Source of the DNA: Gnetum montanum
Lineage: Eukaryota > Plantae > Gnetophyta
Direction of reading: 5' to 3'
NCBI GenBank assembly: GCA_015680685.1
Contig: MNCI01002855.1
Coordinates: 140,328-204,327, forward strand
Length of the DNA stretch: 64,000 nucleotides
Each line of letters begins with the position of its first letter. The stretch's first letter is position 1. The position numbers were made by a program, and so were the translations under genes. A model generated the notes under the pieces. It was given only the letters and a program-made list of their open reading frames with translations. It had not been told where the DNA came from and made no database searches. This document shows positions 1 to 11,760 of the stretch, piece by piece.

Positions 1-1409
1 AAGAAACAAACTGGTATGATCACATCCTCTCCTATCTACTCACATAGGAGATGCCACAAGAGTGGGACAATAAGAAGAAATAATAATTTCTTCATGAAGC
101 CAAACACTTCATGGAAATCAAAGGTAACCTCTACAAAGAGTTATGCAAATGACCTGGTACGATGGTGTGTCCTTGATGGAGATTAACTTCGAGTCCTCCA
201 AAATGCACATGAATTCCATTGTAGGGGCCACTATTTTGGGAGGAGGATGGCCATTAAGATGCTCATGGTAGGGTAGTATTGACCCACAATCTTTAGGGAT
301 GTCCATCACTTCTTCCATTCTTGTGACAAGTGCCAACGGGATGGAGGGATGATTGCATGAATGGAAGGGCCTCAATAGTGGATTCAACCATTGGAGCCTT
401 CCAATCTTTGGGGGATTGACCCCATGGGCCCATCAATCCCATGTCAAATAAAAAGGCATACATCATCATGGTGGTTGACTACTACAACAAATGAGCTAAA
501 GTTGCTGCCATTACTAACTGTTCATCTTCTATGGCAGCACAGTTTGTATAACAGAACATTGTAAACAAGTTTGGTGTGCCATGGGCACTAATTTTAGATA
601 ATGAAAAACACTTTACTAGTTCCACTTTTTAAAAATCTCATGCAATGCTTAGGCATTAAACATAAACTAATAACTCCAAGCCAATGGTCAAGCTGAGGTT
701 ACCATTAGGGAAATCACCAAAATACTAACACGTACAGTTAGTAAATATAGGAAGGACCAGAGTAGTAAATTCAACAATGCTCTTTGGACTTATCATTCAA
801 TATGGAAACTTCCTATTAGATATTCTCCCTATGAGTTAGTGTATCGGAAACTCCCAACTCTTTCCTTCCAAACTGATCTTCATACACTTTCAATGGTCTA
901 TGACCTTAACCTGAATCTAAGTTTAGCCCAAAGAGAAATATTGATGAACCTCAAAATGCTAGATGATAATAGGTTAGTGGCCTTGTCATTGAATGGAGTG
1001 CACAAGGCACATAGTAAGAAATTTCATGACCTTAGAATAAGAAAAGTAAAATTTCAGCCAAGAGATAAGTTACTCTACTGGAACCCCATGCATGTCCCTC
1101 AATGTACAAAATTTCAAAATCTTAGGAAGGGCCCTTACATTATACATGAAACTTTCTCATCTAGGGCCATAATGATATACCATCCTACTAGCCCAAATAC
1201 AAGGTCATTAGTAAACATGCAACAACTTAAATCTTTCCTAGAGACAAGGACAACCAACGGAACCAATACCTCAATAGATAGCCAAACATGCTCAATCTTT
1301 TAGACCTCTCCCTTCCAAATTAATCATGGGGGAGATGGCCATCCATGCTAACATCCTATAGTAACTCCTCAATTTTTCAACTTTTATATTTTACATTATT
1401 TTTCATATG
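1..1409 (+). mobile_element. Athila-type Ty3/gypsy remnant: degenerate integrase and start of 3' region
   Basis: Translation across stops and frameshifts gives WYDHILSYL..., an HHCC finger (AHEFHCRGH...CDKCQR), LWGIDPMGP and a KGPY motif in ORF 839-1303. A PPT-like tract (AATCATGGGGGAG, ~1322) follows. Confidence 0.9.
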
Positions 1410-2299
1410 TGATGAGCAGCTAGGTACCCCTATGCCCAACCATGTGAATCAAGGGCATTCACAAGCGACTCGGTCAAATTCTATAGACTGTAAGCACTTT
1501 GCATACACCAAACCCTAACCAACAAATCCTTGTGTTAGAACAGTCATTGTATTTCCAACCTTACTTGTGATGTTTTGATTGTGATGGTTAAGTGAGATTG
1601 AGGTAAATGATTTTTATGGCTTTTTCTCTTTATCTTCTAGAGTCTAATTCTTGAAATGAAATGCAAGGAATGGAATATTACGTAATCTACAATTATCCTA
1701 ATCTATCTCTTAACTCTTCCTAGCATAAGTATCTAATCCCATCTTCTGTGCACATCCTGAGCATCCCCTAACCACTACTGGGTTACTAGACGTTAAGCAT
1801 CACTGGGTTGCCAAGTGTTGGGTTTACATTCGAGATGGTCGTACTTATGGTTTTTACAAGCTATAAAAGAGCAATGATGATTAAAGTGATAACAATGAAA
1901 ACTTAAGGAATTATTAAAGCATAGAAATATTAAACTATTAAATGCTCAAATGACTAAGTCCAATTTCTACAAGAAATGCTTGAAAAAATTATCTTTATTG
2001 CTGGTCACACCAATGGGCTCAGGTACATTAGTGATCGAATAAAGAGCTGAACACCTTTCTCACACCTACTGTGGGCACTTGGAAAATATTCTAACTCTCA
2101 TGAAAAAAACTACAAGAGCTTTGCTACAACTACCAAAAAGATACCTAAGTGTTGTGGAAGCACACTTATTTATAGGCTAGAACAGGAGCTGCGTAAATGA
2201 GGCCACGTAGACGCATGGACAAATGCGTCAATGCGGCTGCATATACGGGGCCCCATATACATGGCCCAGTCAACACATCGACTACTTAGCACTTCATCA
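1410..2299 (-). mobile_element. 3' LTR of minus-strand Athila-type element
   Basis: TGATG...CATCA termini. The left end resembles the reverse complement of the LTR end at 21949. The adjacent 2300-2336 is the reverse complement of the PPT context GAACT(C/T)GAGGA(T/C)GAGTTTT..CAGTC(A/T)TGGGG(G/A)TA seen at 21136-21172. Confidence 0.85.
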
Positions 2300-2543
2300 T
2301 ATCCCCAAGACTGAGTAAAAACTCGTCCTCAAGTTTCATTACAATTTGGAAGGTATGAAGTTCTTATTACAACACACATGACACGACACACATGACACAA
2401 TACCAACTTTACTGACGCACCAAGTGCTCAAGTGTACAGAGAAGAAAAAATTACAAAATGGTGGTGTTCAGAGACAAAATTGAACATCCTGATCATCTTG
2501 GATTCTTTGCTATGCTCAAAGAAGCAAAAATTGTTGGAGAAGA

Positions 2544-5474
2544 TCACACAATCCCTGGTGGTGGTGGTTCTAATGGACCCTCACTAGCCTCTGGTGCATG
2601 TGGCGATGGTGGCATGAATGATGGTTTTCCCACAACAACTACAACTTTTAGAGGCAACTGGAAAGCCTCCAAGAGAGCCCTCATTTTCTCTTCCTTGCTT
2701 TTGGGATCATTCATTGTCCAAGCAGCTTCGCCAATATGTGTCAGAACTGGAACCTCCCAAGGGCATGGAAGTGCAAGGAAGAGTTCTTTAAAATTGACAA
2801 ACCAAGCTGTGAACTATTTTCGTTCGATGTTGAATGCTTGGATTGATGTCTGTAGTTGCTGGTAGTCATTCATTCATCAGGCCAAGTTCTCAGTGACCAC
2901 ATGTTACCCTTCAAAACGCATGTGGAGAACCATGTTTTCACATTTGCTATTTCCAATTTTTGTTTTGTCGCTTTATGGGCTTGGAACTTGCCCTCGTATA
3001 AAGAATACAAGGTAGCCACTTACTTTTCTAGGTCAGACTACTGTCTGTTGGCTATTAGCATAGCCGGGTTTGCATAGTGAAGGTTGGCCAACTCCATGTA
3101 CTCTATCATTTCTTCAACCTGCAGTTCCTTCAGGTGGATCTCAGCTTGGTTGTAGGTGTTCAATCCATCAAAGATGGGTTGCCACACCTTACCTCCTTCT
3201 TGGAGCTACTGGAGTGCTTGGTTCAATTTGGCCTTTGCGACTTGAATCTACTTTCCATGCACTTCCTTCTGCAATCCCACTTGGTCCCTATAATGATTTT
3301 TAACTTTTTGAAACTTAAGGGCTTTATTTTTTGAAGTAGCGATTTCAATGGCTGATTTTTGTCACAAGGCTCAAACCTTCTTCATAGATAGATTTTGATT
3401 TTTGATGGCCAACCTTCTCACATTAGCGTTCACCCTGGCTAGCTCCTCCTACTATTGGTGGATAAAGCTTTTCATGTGTTGATTTTCAACACCAACATTG
3501 CGCAGGTGATGAACTTCTATGGTCAACCTAACATTCTCCTGGCGAACCTCTATCAAGTCCTTATTTNACACCAACATTGCGCAGGTGATGAACTTCTATG
3601 GTCAACCTAACATTCTCCTGGCGAACCTCTGTCAAGTCCTTATTTAGGTGATATGTATGAGCGTCTGTCAAGGACTTATCAAAGATCGCCAACTCTCGCT
3701 CATCCTCAACTATTTGGAGTTTGACTTGAAGCTATTAAAAAGCTTCATCTTTGGTGAGTTCACAATTGAGGAGAGCTGGATCAGCAAGTTCGGCCCTTAA
3801 TTGGTCAACTTCTATTGCCAAGCATTGAAAATTTGGTTGAGCTACTTCGAGTTGCTCCTCTAAGGTAAGGCTCTTATCCCTTGCCAAGAGTAGCTTCGAC
3901 TAGGTTGCAGTGATGTTATCTGGAAGATCAAAGACATTCAGAAGTGGTTGCCCGATTCCCACCAGTTGGTCCAATAGTTCTTCATGTTAGGCTACATCGA
4001 TCCTGCTACGTGAAGTTCCTATAGACACTTGTACATATTCAAGTCCATGTACATCTGGTATAGGTGCCGTTGATTCATTAAGGGTAGTAACAATCGTGTC
4101 AGCAACCACTTTAGAGGCAATTTCCTGTCCCTGGTGTTGCATCACCAGGATTGTCACCCCCTCTCCATCCTCCAAGCGTACCAAAAAAGTAGCAACATTC
4201 CATGAAATTTTAAAATAACTATTAGGTGGAGACCGTTACTTCTCAGACACTAGGATCATTTCTTATAGGTACTTGTGTTTGGGCAACAGAGAACATCGAC
4301 CCTGCTCTCTCCAACAGACTTACTAATCAAGCCACTTACTCTAGATGGCTCATTGTAGGGTGATAGACTGAAGGGTCTTCTCCTCCACCAGTCCCTACAT
4401 ATTGCTCTTGTTGGCCCAAGAGCGATCATCAGATCTCGAATATATGTTCTGCAATTGTTTGCAAACCTAACCTCATTGTTTGCACATGTGGTGGAGGTGG
4501 TTGCTACTCTTCCTCAGTTCGTGTGGTGGCTGGAGTCTTTTCTTTCATCATCTTCTACCATGAGGTAATCGGGGCATGCCAAAGTGTATCGTTGGCATAT
4601 CATGCTATCCCTACCCATTTGCATAATTTCCTGATTAAGCAGGGAAAGGGTAGAGCCCATCTTCCATGTTCTCTTTCAGCGAATCTTTTCTCAATTTCCA
4701 AAAATAAAAATTTTGGAAGGCTCATTGGGAATTTTCTTCTTAGAGCGGCACATGCACAAGTGAAAAAGGTAGTGATCTTATTGGGTCTTACCATTGGATT
4801 CTAATGGTAAGATACAATTTTTGAATATACCCTCTCTGCATTGGTCAAAGTGTTGAACTCTTTGCGATCCACCCCATAGCATTGCCTAATCCACTCCCCT
4901 TTTACCTTAGGATCTGCTTGCTTAGGGATCTCTACCACATCAACTTTGGTCTCTAGCAACCCCAGAGCTTGTGCGATTGCTTTCACAAAGTAAGAGACAT
5001 AGATGTCCTTGATTCTTACTCTAGACCCCAGCTGCCGATGTGTCCAAAAGAGATAAGTCTCTCCTAAATACCATTCACCACTGGCTGTGATGATTGGTCA
5101 CATAGGAGAGTTTTGCAATTGGAGCTTCACATCTTTTGGTGCATTATCAAGAAATGGTCCAAAGTTCAACTCTTGTAGGACCATTTGTTGCACCTCCCTT
5201 GGCCTAATAGCATCAAGACATGCCTAGTCAGGGTGACCTCAAGCCATGGTGCTATCACTAGGGTCTCATCCCCTTGTGATTGTTTGCTAGGGATCTCCTC
5301 TTCAGGAATCTGAGGAACAGATTCTACATCAGGTCCTTCGCGGAGGGGGCTAGTTGCATGGGAGCCCTCCACGTGCTCTAGGTACTGCACACCTCGTCCT
5401 CTTCCCATTCTTGGTTGCTTATCCCTTGGTTGTGATGGTCCTTCTCCCCTTGGATGCCTTGGTTTTGGTACCAT
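2544..5474 (-). pseudogene. Athila env-like extra ORF (degenerate) with long coiled-coil C-terminal half
   Basis: Lies between pol and the 3' LTR in sense orientation and starts TTGCAG|ATGGTACCAAAA (acceptor then MVPK). Contains LTNAERVYSKIVSYH*NP...SLPKFLFLEI...LPFPCLIRKLC..VG, resembling the Athila ORF / putative plant transposon protein motif. Many stops. Confidence 0.75.
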
Positions 5475-5565
5475 CTGCAATCAAACATAACCATTAATTA
5501 AATTGTGCACAAGTAGCTCAAAATGGCCCTCATACACCTTCTTAGTTTGACTAAGTTATGGTGCT

Positions 5566-5714
5566 NNNNNNNNNNNNNNNNNNNNNNNNNNNNNNNNNNN
5601 NNNNNNNNNNNNNNNNNNNNNNNNNNNNNNNNNNNNNNNNNNNNNNNNNNNNNNNNNNNNNNNNNNNNNNNNNNNNNNNNNNNNNNNNNNNNNNNNNNNN
5701 NNNNNNNNNNNNNN
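5566..5714. other. Assembly gap
   Basis: N run. Confidence 1.
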
Positions 5715-7409
5715 GACTGAGAGCATACCTCCAGTTGCAAAAGAGGGGAAGGATAGGTGGATTCGGACACGTGATAGAAAATGTAGGTGCTTGGGAAGAC
5801 AAAGTTAGGCAAAAAAAAATGGAAAATCTTCCTCCAATTTGTGTGCAAAGTGGCCAAAAATGCATAGCACAATAGGGATATATATAGAATTTTGTTGCTG
5901 CATCAACGAGGCCACATATACGTGGTCGTGTATACACAAGGGGCTACGTATATGGGGCCTAGTCAATGCAAGGGGTTACGCACATTGACCAGCCAAATAA
6001 AAGCTCAAAAAAATTGATTTAAAACGCCAAATTGGGGCAGTTAAAGAGTTGGAGAGACCAGGGACTTGGCTGAAAGAAAGAGGAAGGTAAGCGGGGCGAG
6101 AAAAAGAGTCAAAAGTAGGAGAATGTTGTGAGAAAGAAATCTATGGAGAAGAATTCAAGCAATGGGTAGCATGGAAACAATCAACTAACAAAATCAAGAG
6201 GATGGGAGAGTAACAAACATAACTAGGAATATGCAAGTGGGTCCTCCCCATAGTAGGAAGTCGCCTTGGTAGCCCTTGCACATCATCAACTTCGAAGTCT
6301 ATCGACCCCAGAGTCAAGGAACGGTGATCGCAAGTTAATACTCACATCCATGAGAACCCNCTATATGTGGTTGGTTTTGGCTTTGAACTCGGGAAAGGTC
6401 CTATCGGGTCACTTAATCACAAGTTCACACGGGGTTTCATGTGATTGATAATGGGAATTCCAATTCCCACTCCTCTCTTTTCAACCATTTCTCTCCATGA
6501 CTCACCTCACTGCCCGTCTTATGTTTTGATGGTTTGTCATGATTTTCATGAACTCATAATGCTTTAGCGGGTTCTCATGGATGTGAGTATTAACTTGCGA
6601 TCACCGTTCCTTGACTCTGGGGTCGATAGACTTCGAAGTTGATGATGTGCAAGGGCTACCAAGGCGACTTCCTACTATGGGGAGGACCCACTTGCATATT
6701 CCTAGTTATGTTTGTTACTCTCCCATCCTCTTGATTTTGTTAGTTGATTGTTTCCATGCTACCCATTGCTTGAATTCTTCTCCATAGATTTCTTTCTCAC
6801 AACATTCTCCTACTTTTGACTCTTTTTCTCGCNCAGGGGATAAAAGAGTACGACGAACGTTGCATTCCCCTTGAAGTCACACCCAATTCAAACCATTGGG
6901 TCATCCCCAAATCTGGGAACTACACAAGTCATACATTAATTAAAAATGTTTTTAAGTGAAGGGGGTTTGCATGTTTCCAAAGGGAGGAAAACCATGGAGT
7001 GGATGAATGGATGGATGACGTGGACTCACTGTCGATCTTATGAGATGAAAGTAGACGTAAATTCCAAGAACAACAATGTGAGAGCAGGAGCAAGATAAAA
7101 TAGGTGGACCATTTCACATGACCCATTGCAACAAAAACCAACCGTGCCACACATCTAACGACAATAAGAATATTTATTAGTAACCAACTAGAAATTAAAC
7201 ACAAACACACATAAATAAGCAAACCAAGAAATAGAAAAGTTATTAAAGAAAGAAAGAAAAAGTGAGTAAGATTGGCAAACATATGAACAATGTTGAAAAA
7301 CAAAAAAGTGTAAAACAAAAAAGTTCCAAAAATGGTGAGGAGCTTAGTAGAGTGGATTAGCATGGCGAACGACCTCCCCCATGACTAGGCTGGGAGGAGG
7401 AGACCCAAA

Positions 7410-10400
7410 AGATGGAACAAGGTTGTCCTTGTCATGCTAAGGCAATAGCACTGATTTGATGGAGTTCACGGAAAGGTTTTAATTATTTCCTATTGATCAA
7501 CTGTGTTCTCGTGGGGTCCTCAAGTTTTTGTATCAGCAAGGCCTCGGATGGGAAGGTTTTGGAGACAATGTAGCATCCCTTCTACAGTGTTTGAAACTTG
7601 GTACGTTGCGGTACATGTGTGGGGTTCTAGTAGAGTACCTTATCTCCACATCTAAATGTTACCTTCCAAATCCTAAGATCATGACATTTTTTATTGTAGG
7701 CCTTGTGTATCTCATTTGATGACAGGGCCACTAATCAATTCTCATCTAGCACACTTAAGTTGATAAGTCATTGGCGTTGTGCTAGTGGCAAGTTAAGGCC
7801 CAAGTCACTGGCTATAGATAGTGTCTAGAGTTCTACCTGGATTGGAAGTTTCAGTAGTTTCCTGTACACTAACTCATAAGGGGAGTAACCTATAGGAAGT
7901 TTCCAGGTGGAGTGATAGGCCCAAAGGGCATCGTTAAGTTTGGTGCTCCAGTCCCTCCTATATTTACTAATGGTTTGAGTGAGCATTTTGGTAATCTCCC
8001 TATTGGTGACTTCGGCTTGCCCGTTGGATTGGGGGTGATAAGGTGTTGTAAATTTATGAGTAACCCAAAAGTGTTGCATGAGTTTACGAAAAGTGATGCC
8101 TGTAAAATATGTTCCATTGTCTAAGATGAGTGCACGTGGTAGTCCAAACCTATTTATGATTTGCTGTTGGATAAATCATGTGGTGGTGTTTGAGGAACAG
8201 TCAATGATGGTTGCTGCCTCTGCCCGCTTTGTGCAATAGTCAACAATGAAGATGATGTACGCCTTCCCATTGGACATGAGTGTGATGGGACCCATGAAGT
8301 CGATGCCCAAAATGTCAAAGGGCTCTAGTGGTTGGATCCACTATTGAGGTCCCTCCATTTGTGCAGACATCCCACCATCTCTCTAACATCGTTCACAGGA
8401 GCGGGCAAACCATTATGCATGCCTAAAGAGTGTAGGCCAATAATATCCTACAAGTAGGATCTTAATGGCCATGTGTTGTCCAGCATAGTGGCCCCCACAA
8501 GGGCCTTCGTGAGCATCTTGGAGGATGTGCAATGTATCATCATTAAGGACACACCATCGAACCAAGCCATCTACACACACCTTATAATGGTGACCATTGA
8601 TTTCTATGAAGTGCTTAGCCTTATGGAGAAAGTGTTATTTTTGGCGATGGTCCCACTCCTTTGGCAATTCCTCGGTTGTGAGATAGGTGAGGATGGGGCT
8701 AAACCAAGGTGATTCTTTGGGCACCTGCGCATCGTTCACTCCCACAAAGAGGAGTTCATCTAGAAATTGGTCGAAGAGTGGCTCCTCCTCTTCTACGTTA
8801 TCGCATCACAACCGAGATAAGTGGTTAGCAACCACATTCTCAATTCCCTTCCAGTCTACCATAGTGAGGTAAAATTCCTGAAGAATCACCAACCATCGTA
8901 TGATACGGGGGCTCACCATTGGTTTGTTCATTAGGAACCAGATGGCACTGTGGTCGGTATGCACAAACACCTTGTACCCGAGTACATAGTGTCAGAATTT
9001 TTCCAAGGCGAACACCACTGCCATCAACTCTTTTTCAGTGGTAGTGTAGTTAAGCTGAGCACCCACAATGCTACAGCTTGCACAGTGAATATAGTATGGG
9101 CATTTCTAGTTGTCCCACTATGTAAGCATGGCTCCCAATGCATAGTTGGATGCATCTGTCATGATGTGGAAGGGTCTAGACCAATCAGGTGTCTATAGAA
9201 TTGGAGTCTCTATGAGTTTTTGCATAAGTGTTTGGAATGTAGATTCACATTCCTTGGTCTAGATGAATGAAGCATCTTTCTTCGTGAGTTCCACCAACGA
9301 CTTAGCGATCTTTGAGAAATTTTTGATGAAGCGCAGGTAGTAACCAGTGGGGCCAAGGAATGACCAAACATATTTTACAGTGCTTGGTTGCCTGGTGATT
9401 CCTTGGATGACCCTAATTTTCTTAGGATCTACGCTAATTCCTGCTTGTGAAATACGGTGCCCTAAAACAGTGCCCTCTTGGACCATTAAGTGGCTCTTTT
9501 TCCAGTTCAGCCATAGATTAGTTTCCACGCATCTTTTCAAAACTTGCTCAAGGTGATCCAAGGCTTGTTCAAACATGGCTCCATAGGTAGAGAAGTCATC
9601 CATGAAGACTTCTACCCCAGTGCCAATTTGCTGCTGAAAGATGTTGAGGACAAGGCGTTGGAAAGTGGTAGGTGCATTACACAGGCCAAAGGGCATCTTT
9701 TTGTATGTGAAAGTCCTCTAGGGACTTGTAAATTTTGATTTGGCCTAGTCTTCTAGCATGATTTGGATTTGGTTATAGCCACTATAACCATCCAAAAAGC
9801 TATAATAACAATTCCCTACGATGGTATCCAACACTTGGTCCACAAATGGGAGCGGGAAGTGATCCTTGAAGGTAGTCATGTTGAGTAATCAAAAATCTAT
9901 ATAGACCCTCCATTTGCCACCCTTCTTGGACACAATAACGAGTGGGCTAATCCATTCACTATCCGCAATGGAGTAGATGAACCTTGCTTTCAGCAACTGC
10001 TCGATTTCATCTTTGATGACCTGCTTCAATTTAAGGTTCAACTACCTTTGTGGTTGTCATCATGGCTTCATGGAGGGATCGATATAAATCTAATGTTGGC
10101 AATCAACTCCTATTAATTCAAGATATGACCATGCAAAAGCGACCTCCCATTTGTTCACCACCTTCAGCAACTTCTTCTTTTGTTCAGGAGCAAGGGTGAC
10201 ATTGATAATTACCAACTTCCCATTATGCAAAAATGCATATTCTAAATGGGCCGGTAAGGATTTAAGTTCCAAGGGCTCCTGTTTAAAACTTTCAGTGATT
10301 TGTAACTTTCCCCAATCATCTTGGTCATCAATAGTAGATACTTGTTAATGAACCTCTTCCAAATCATTCATGCTTTCTACATAGGTGCATACAAGCCCCT

Positions 10401-11030
10401 CAGATGGTTCCATGCATAAAGTGCTACTAGTAGGATCAGCAGTCAGCCACTTGGTGCCTTCTTGATTTGTGGTTACTACGTACAAACATTGTTGAACTTG
10501 TGATTCTTCATTACACCAACCACATGCTTGAATAGATGTCCGCTTAGTGAACCACAGCTACTACACATAATTGCACCCAGAGTCACTGTACACGATGCAT
10601 GGAACACACTTCTTCTTGATCTTTCCAAAAGGATTTTCCTTTGAAATTTCAAGGGAAAGATCTTGGAGCCCCAATCTTGCATCCACCATGCTTAGTCAGG
10701 CTCTTCCCATTATGATTGGAAAGTTCCCCTTGCAATTCTCAACATGGATGATAAGGAAGTTAGTAGGATAGGACCATCCATAAACGGTGGTCACAATGTC
10801 TTCCACCAATGCCAAGGGAATAGTAATGGATTGGTCTACTAGCTCAAGCCGAATGTTACTTTCCTTTAACAAGGGTAGGTTCCAAGTCTTGTACATGTCA
10901 TGTGAAATCAAGTTGACTCTCGACCCCAAATCTAGATGAGCTTTACATGGCTCATTTCCTGCCACCCTAAGATAGATGAGGGGGCTTTCTAGATCAATCA
11001 ATTTCCAAGGAAGATTACCTACCTTTATCT
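7410..11030 (-). pseudogene. pol: Athila-type pol (protease-RT-RNase H-integrase), degenerate
   Basis: Protease HLDLGSRVNLI (10696-11001), linker ELKSLPAHLEYAFL, RT MPFGLCNAPTTFQR...VFMDDF (9259-9696) and integrase TPYHPQSNGQAEVTNREI (7825-8079), in gypsy domain order. Confidence 0.95.
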
Positions 11031-11760
11031 AGTCAGCCACAATGTGTTTGAGCATGACCGTTTGTACATTGGAGGGTGTTTGGTTTGAAGGTTGCTCAAA
11101 GGATGGAATGGTGAAGGTGATTAGAGGTTTAGAGGCACTAGCCACAGGTGTGTGTGAGGGTATGTTTAGGTTATTAGGCCAAAAAAGGGACATTTCCATG
11201 GCTTCACTTCTAATCCACTCGAATGAGGAGCTAGTTGTAAGTTGACAACCCTTGTAGTGTTACGTTGCTGTGGCTGTGGTGGTATTTCCCCCTACATAGG
11301 TGGAGCAAGTGGTAGCTGAGTGGGGTGTTGCTGAGTAGGGATGGCAAGAGAAGGTGATGGAGGATAGCAGAGATGTGGGCTCTCCCCCTAGGTGATGGAG
11401 ACTATGGTCGAAAGTATTTCAAGGGGTGGTAATAATTCTAAGAGGTCACATGACTAGAAGAGTTCCACGGGGAGACTAGCTGTTGAACATAGTACCCATA
11501 GGGATTTGGTTGTCAGTAAGGGTACTACTGCCTTAGAGGTGGCATCCCCCACGATTGTGGGTGTTGCCATTGCTAAAAATATTCATAAGGTTGTGGTGGC
11601 ACTCCACTTGGATAATATCCTTGTTGCTGGTGGAACTGTCTCGGATTGCCCTATAGGTAAGGCAACTTTTGGGGTGTTTGCCTCTTTTCCAAACGAGGAT
11701 TCAACACATAAACCCCAAACTCTTGTAGATGTGACACTATGGGACAACACCCCTTAAGAT
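11031..11760 (-). pseudogene. gag: C-terminal gag fragment of the Athila-type element, truncated at the zinc knuckle
   Basis: Reverse complement aligns with 17757-18480. The sequence breaks off at ~11760, where the duplicated block begins. Confidence 0.75.

Noticed and set aside
2458-2865. Plus-strand 135-aa Gly-rich ORF
   Set aside because: Antisense shadow of the Pro-rich end of the env-like ORF.
3489-3645. 78-bp tandem duplication
   Set aside because: The copies are separated by one n (3567); an unmerged contig overlap.
6096-6832. Perfect 264-bp inverted repeat (6096-6359 / 6569-6832) that looks like a hairpin or miRNA precursor
   Set aside because: Each arm ends exactly at a single n (6360, 6833). 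This is most likely a mis-oriented overlapping contig.
6929-7363. Hydrophobic 144-aa ORF (and similar ORFs at 19318, 22719, 49675) as membrane proteins
   Set aside because: T-rich non-coding retroelement DNA translates to F/L/I by chance, and the frames are not conserved between related copies.
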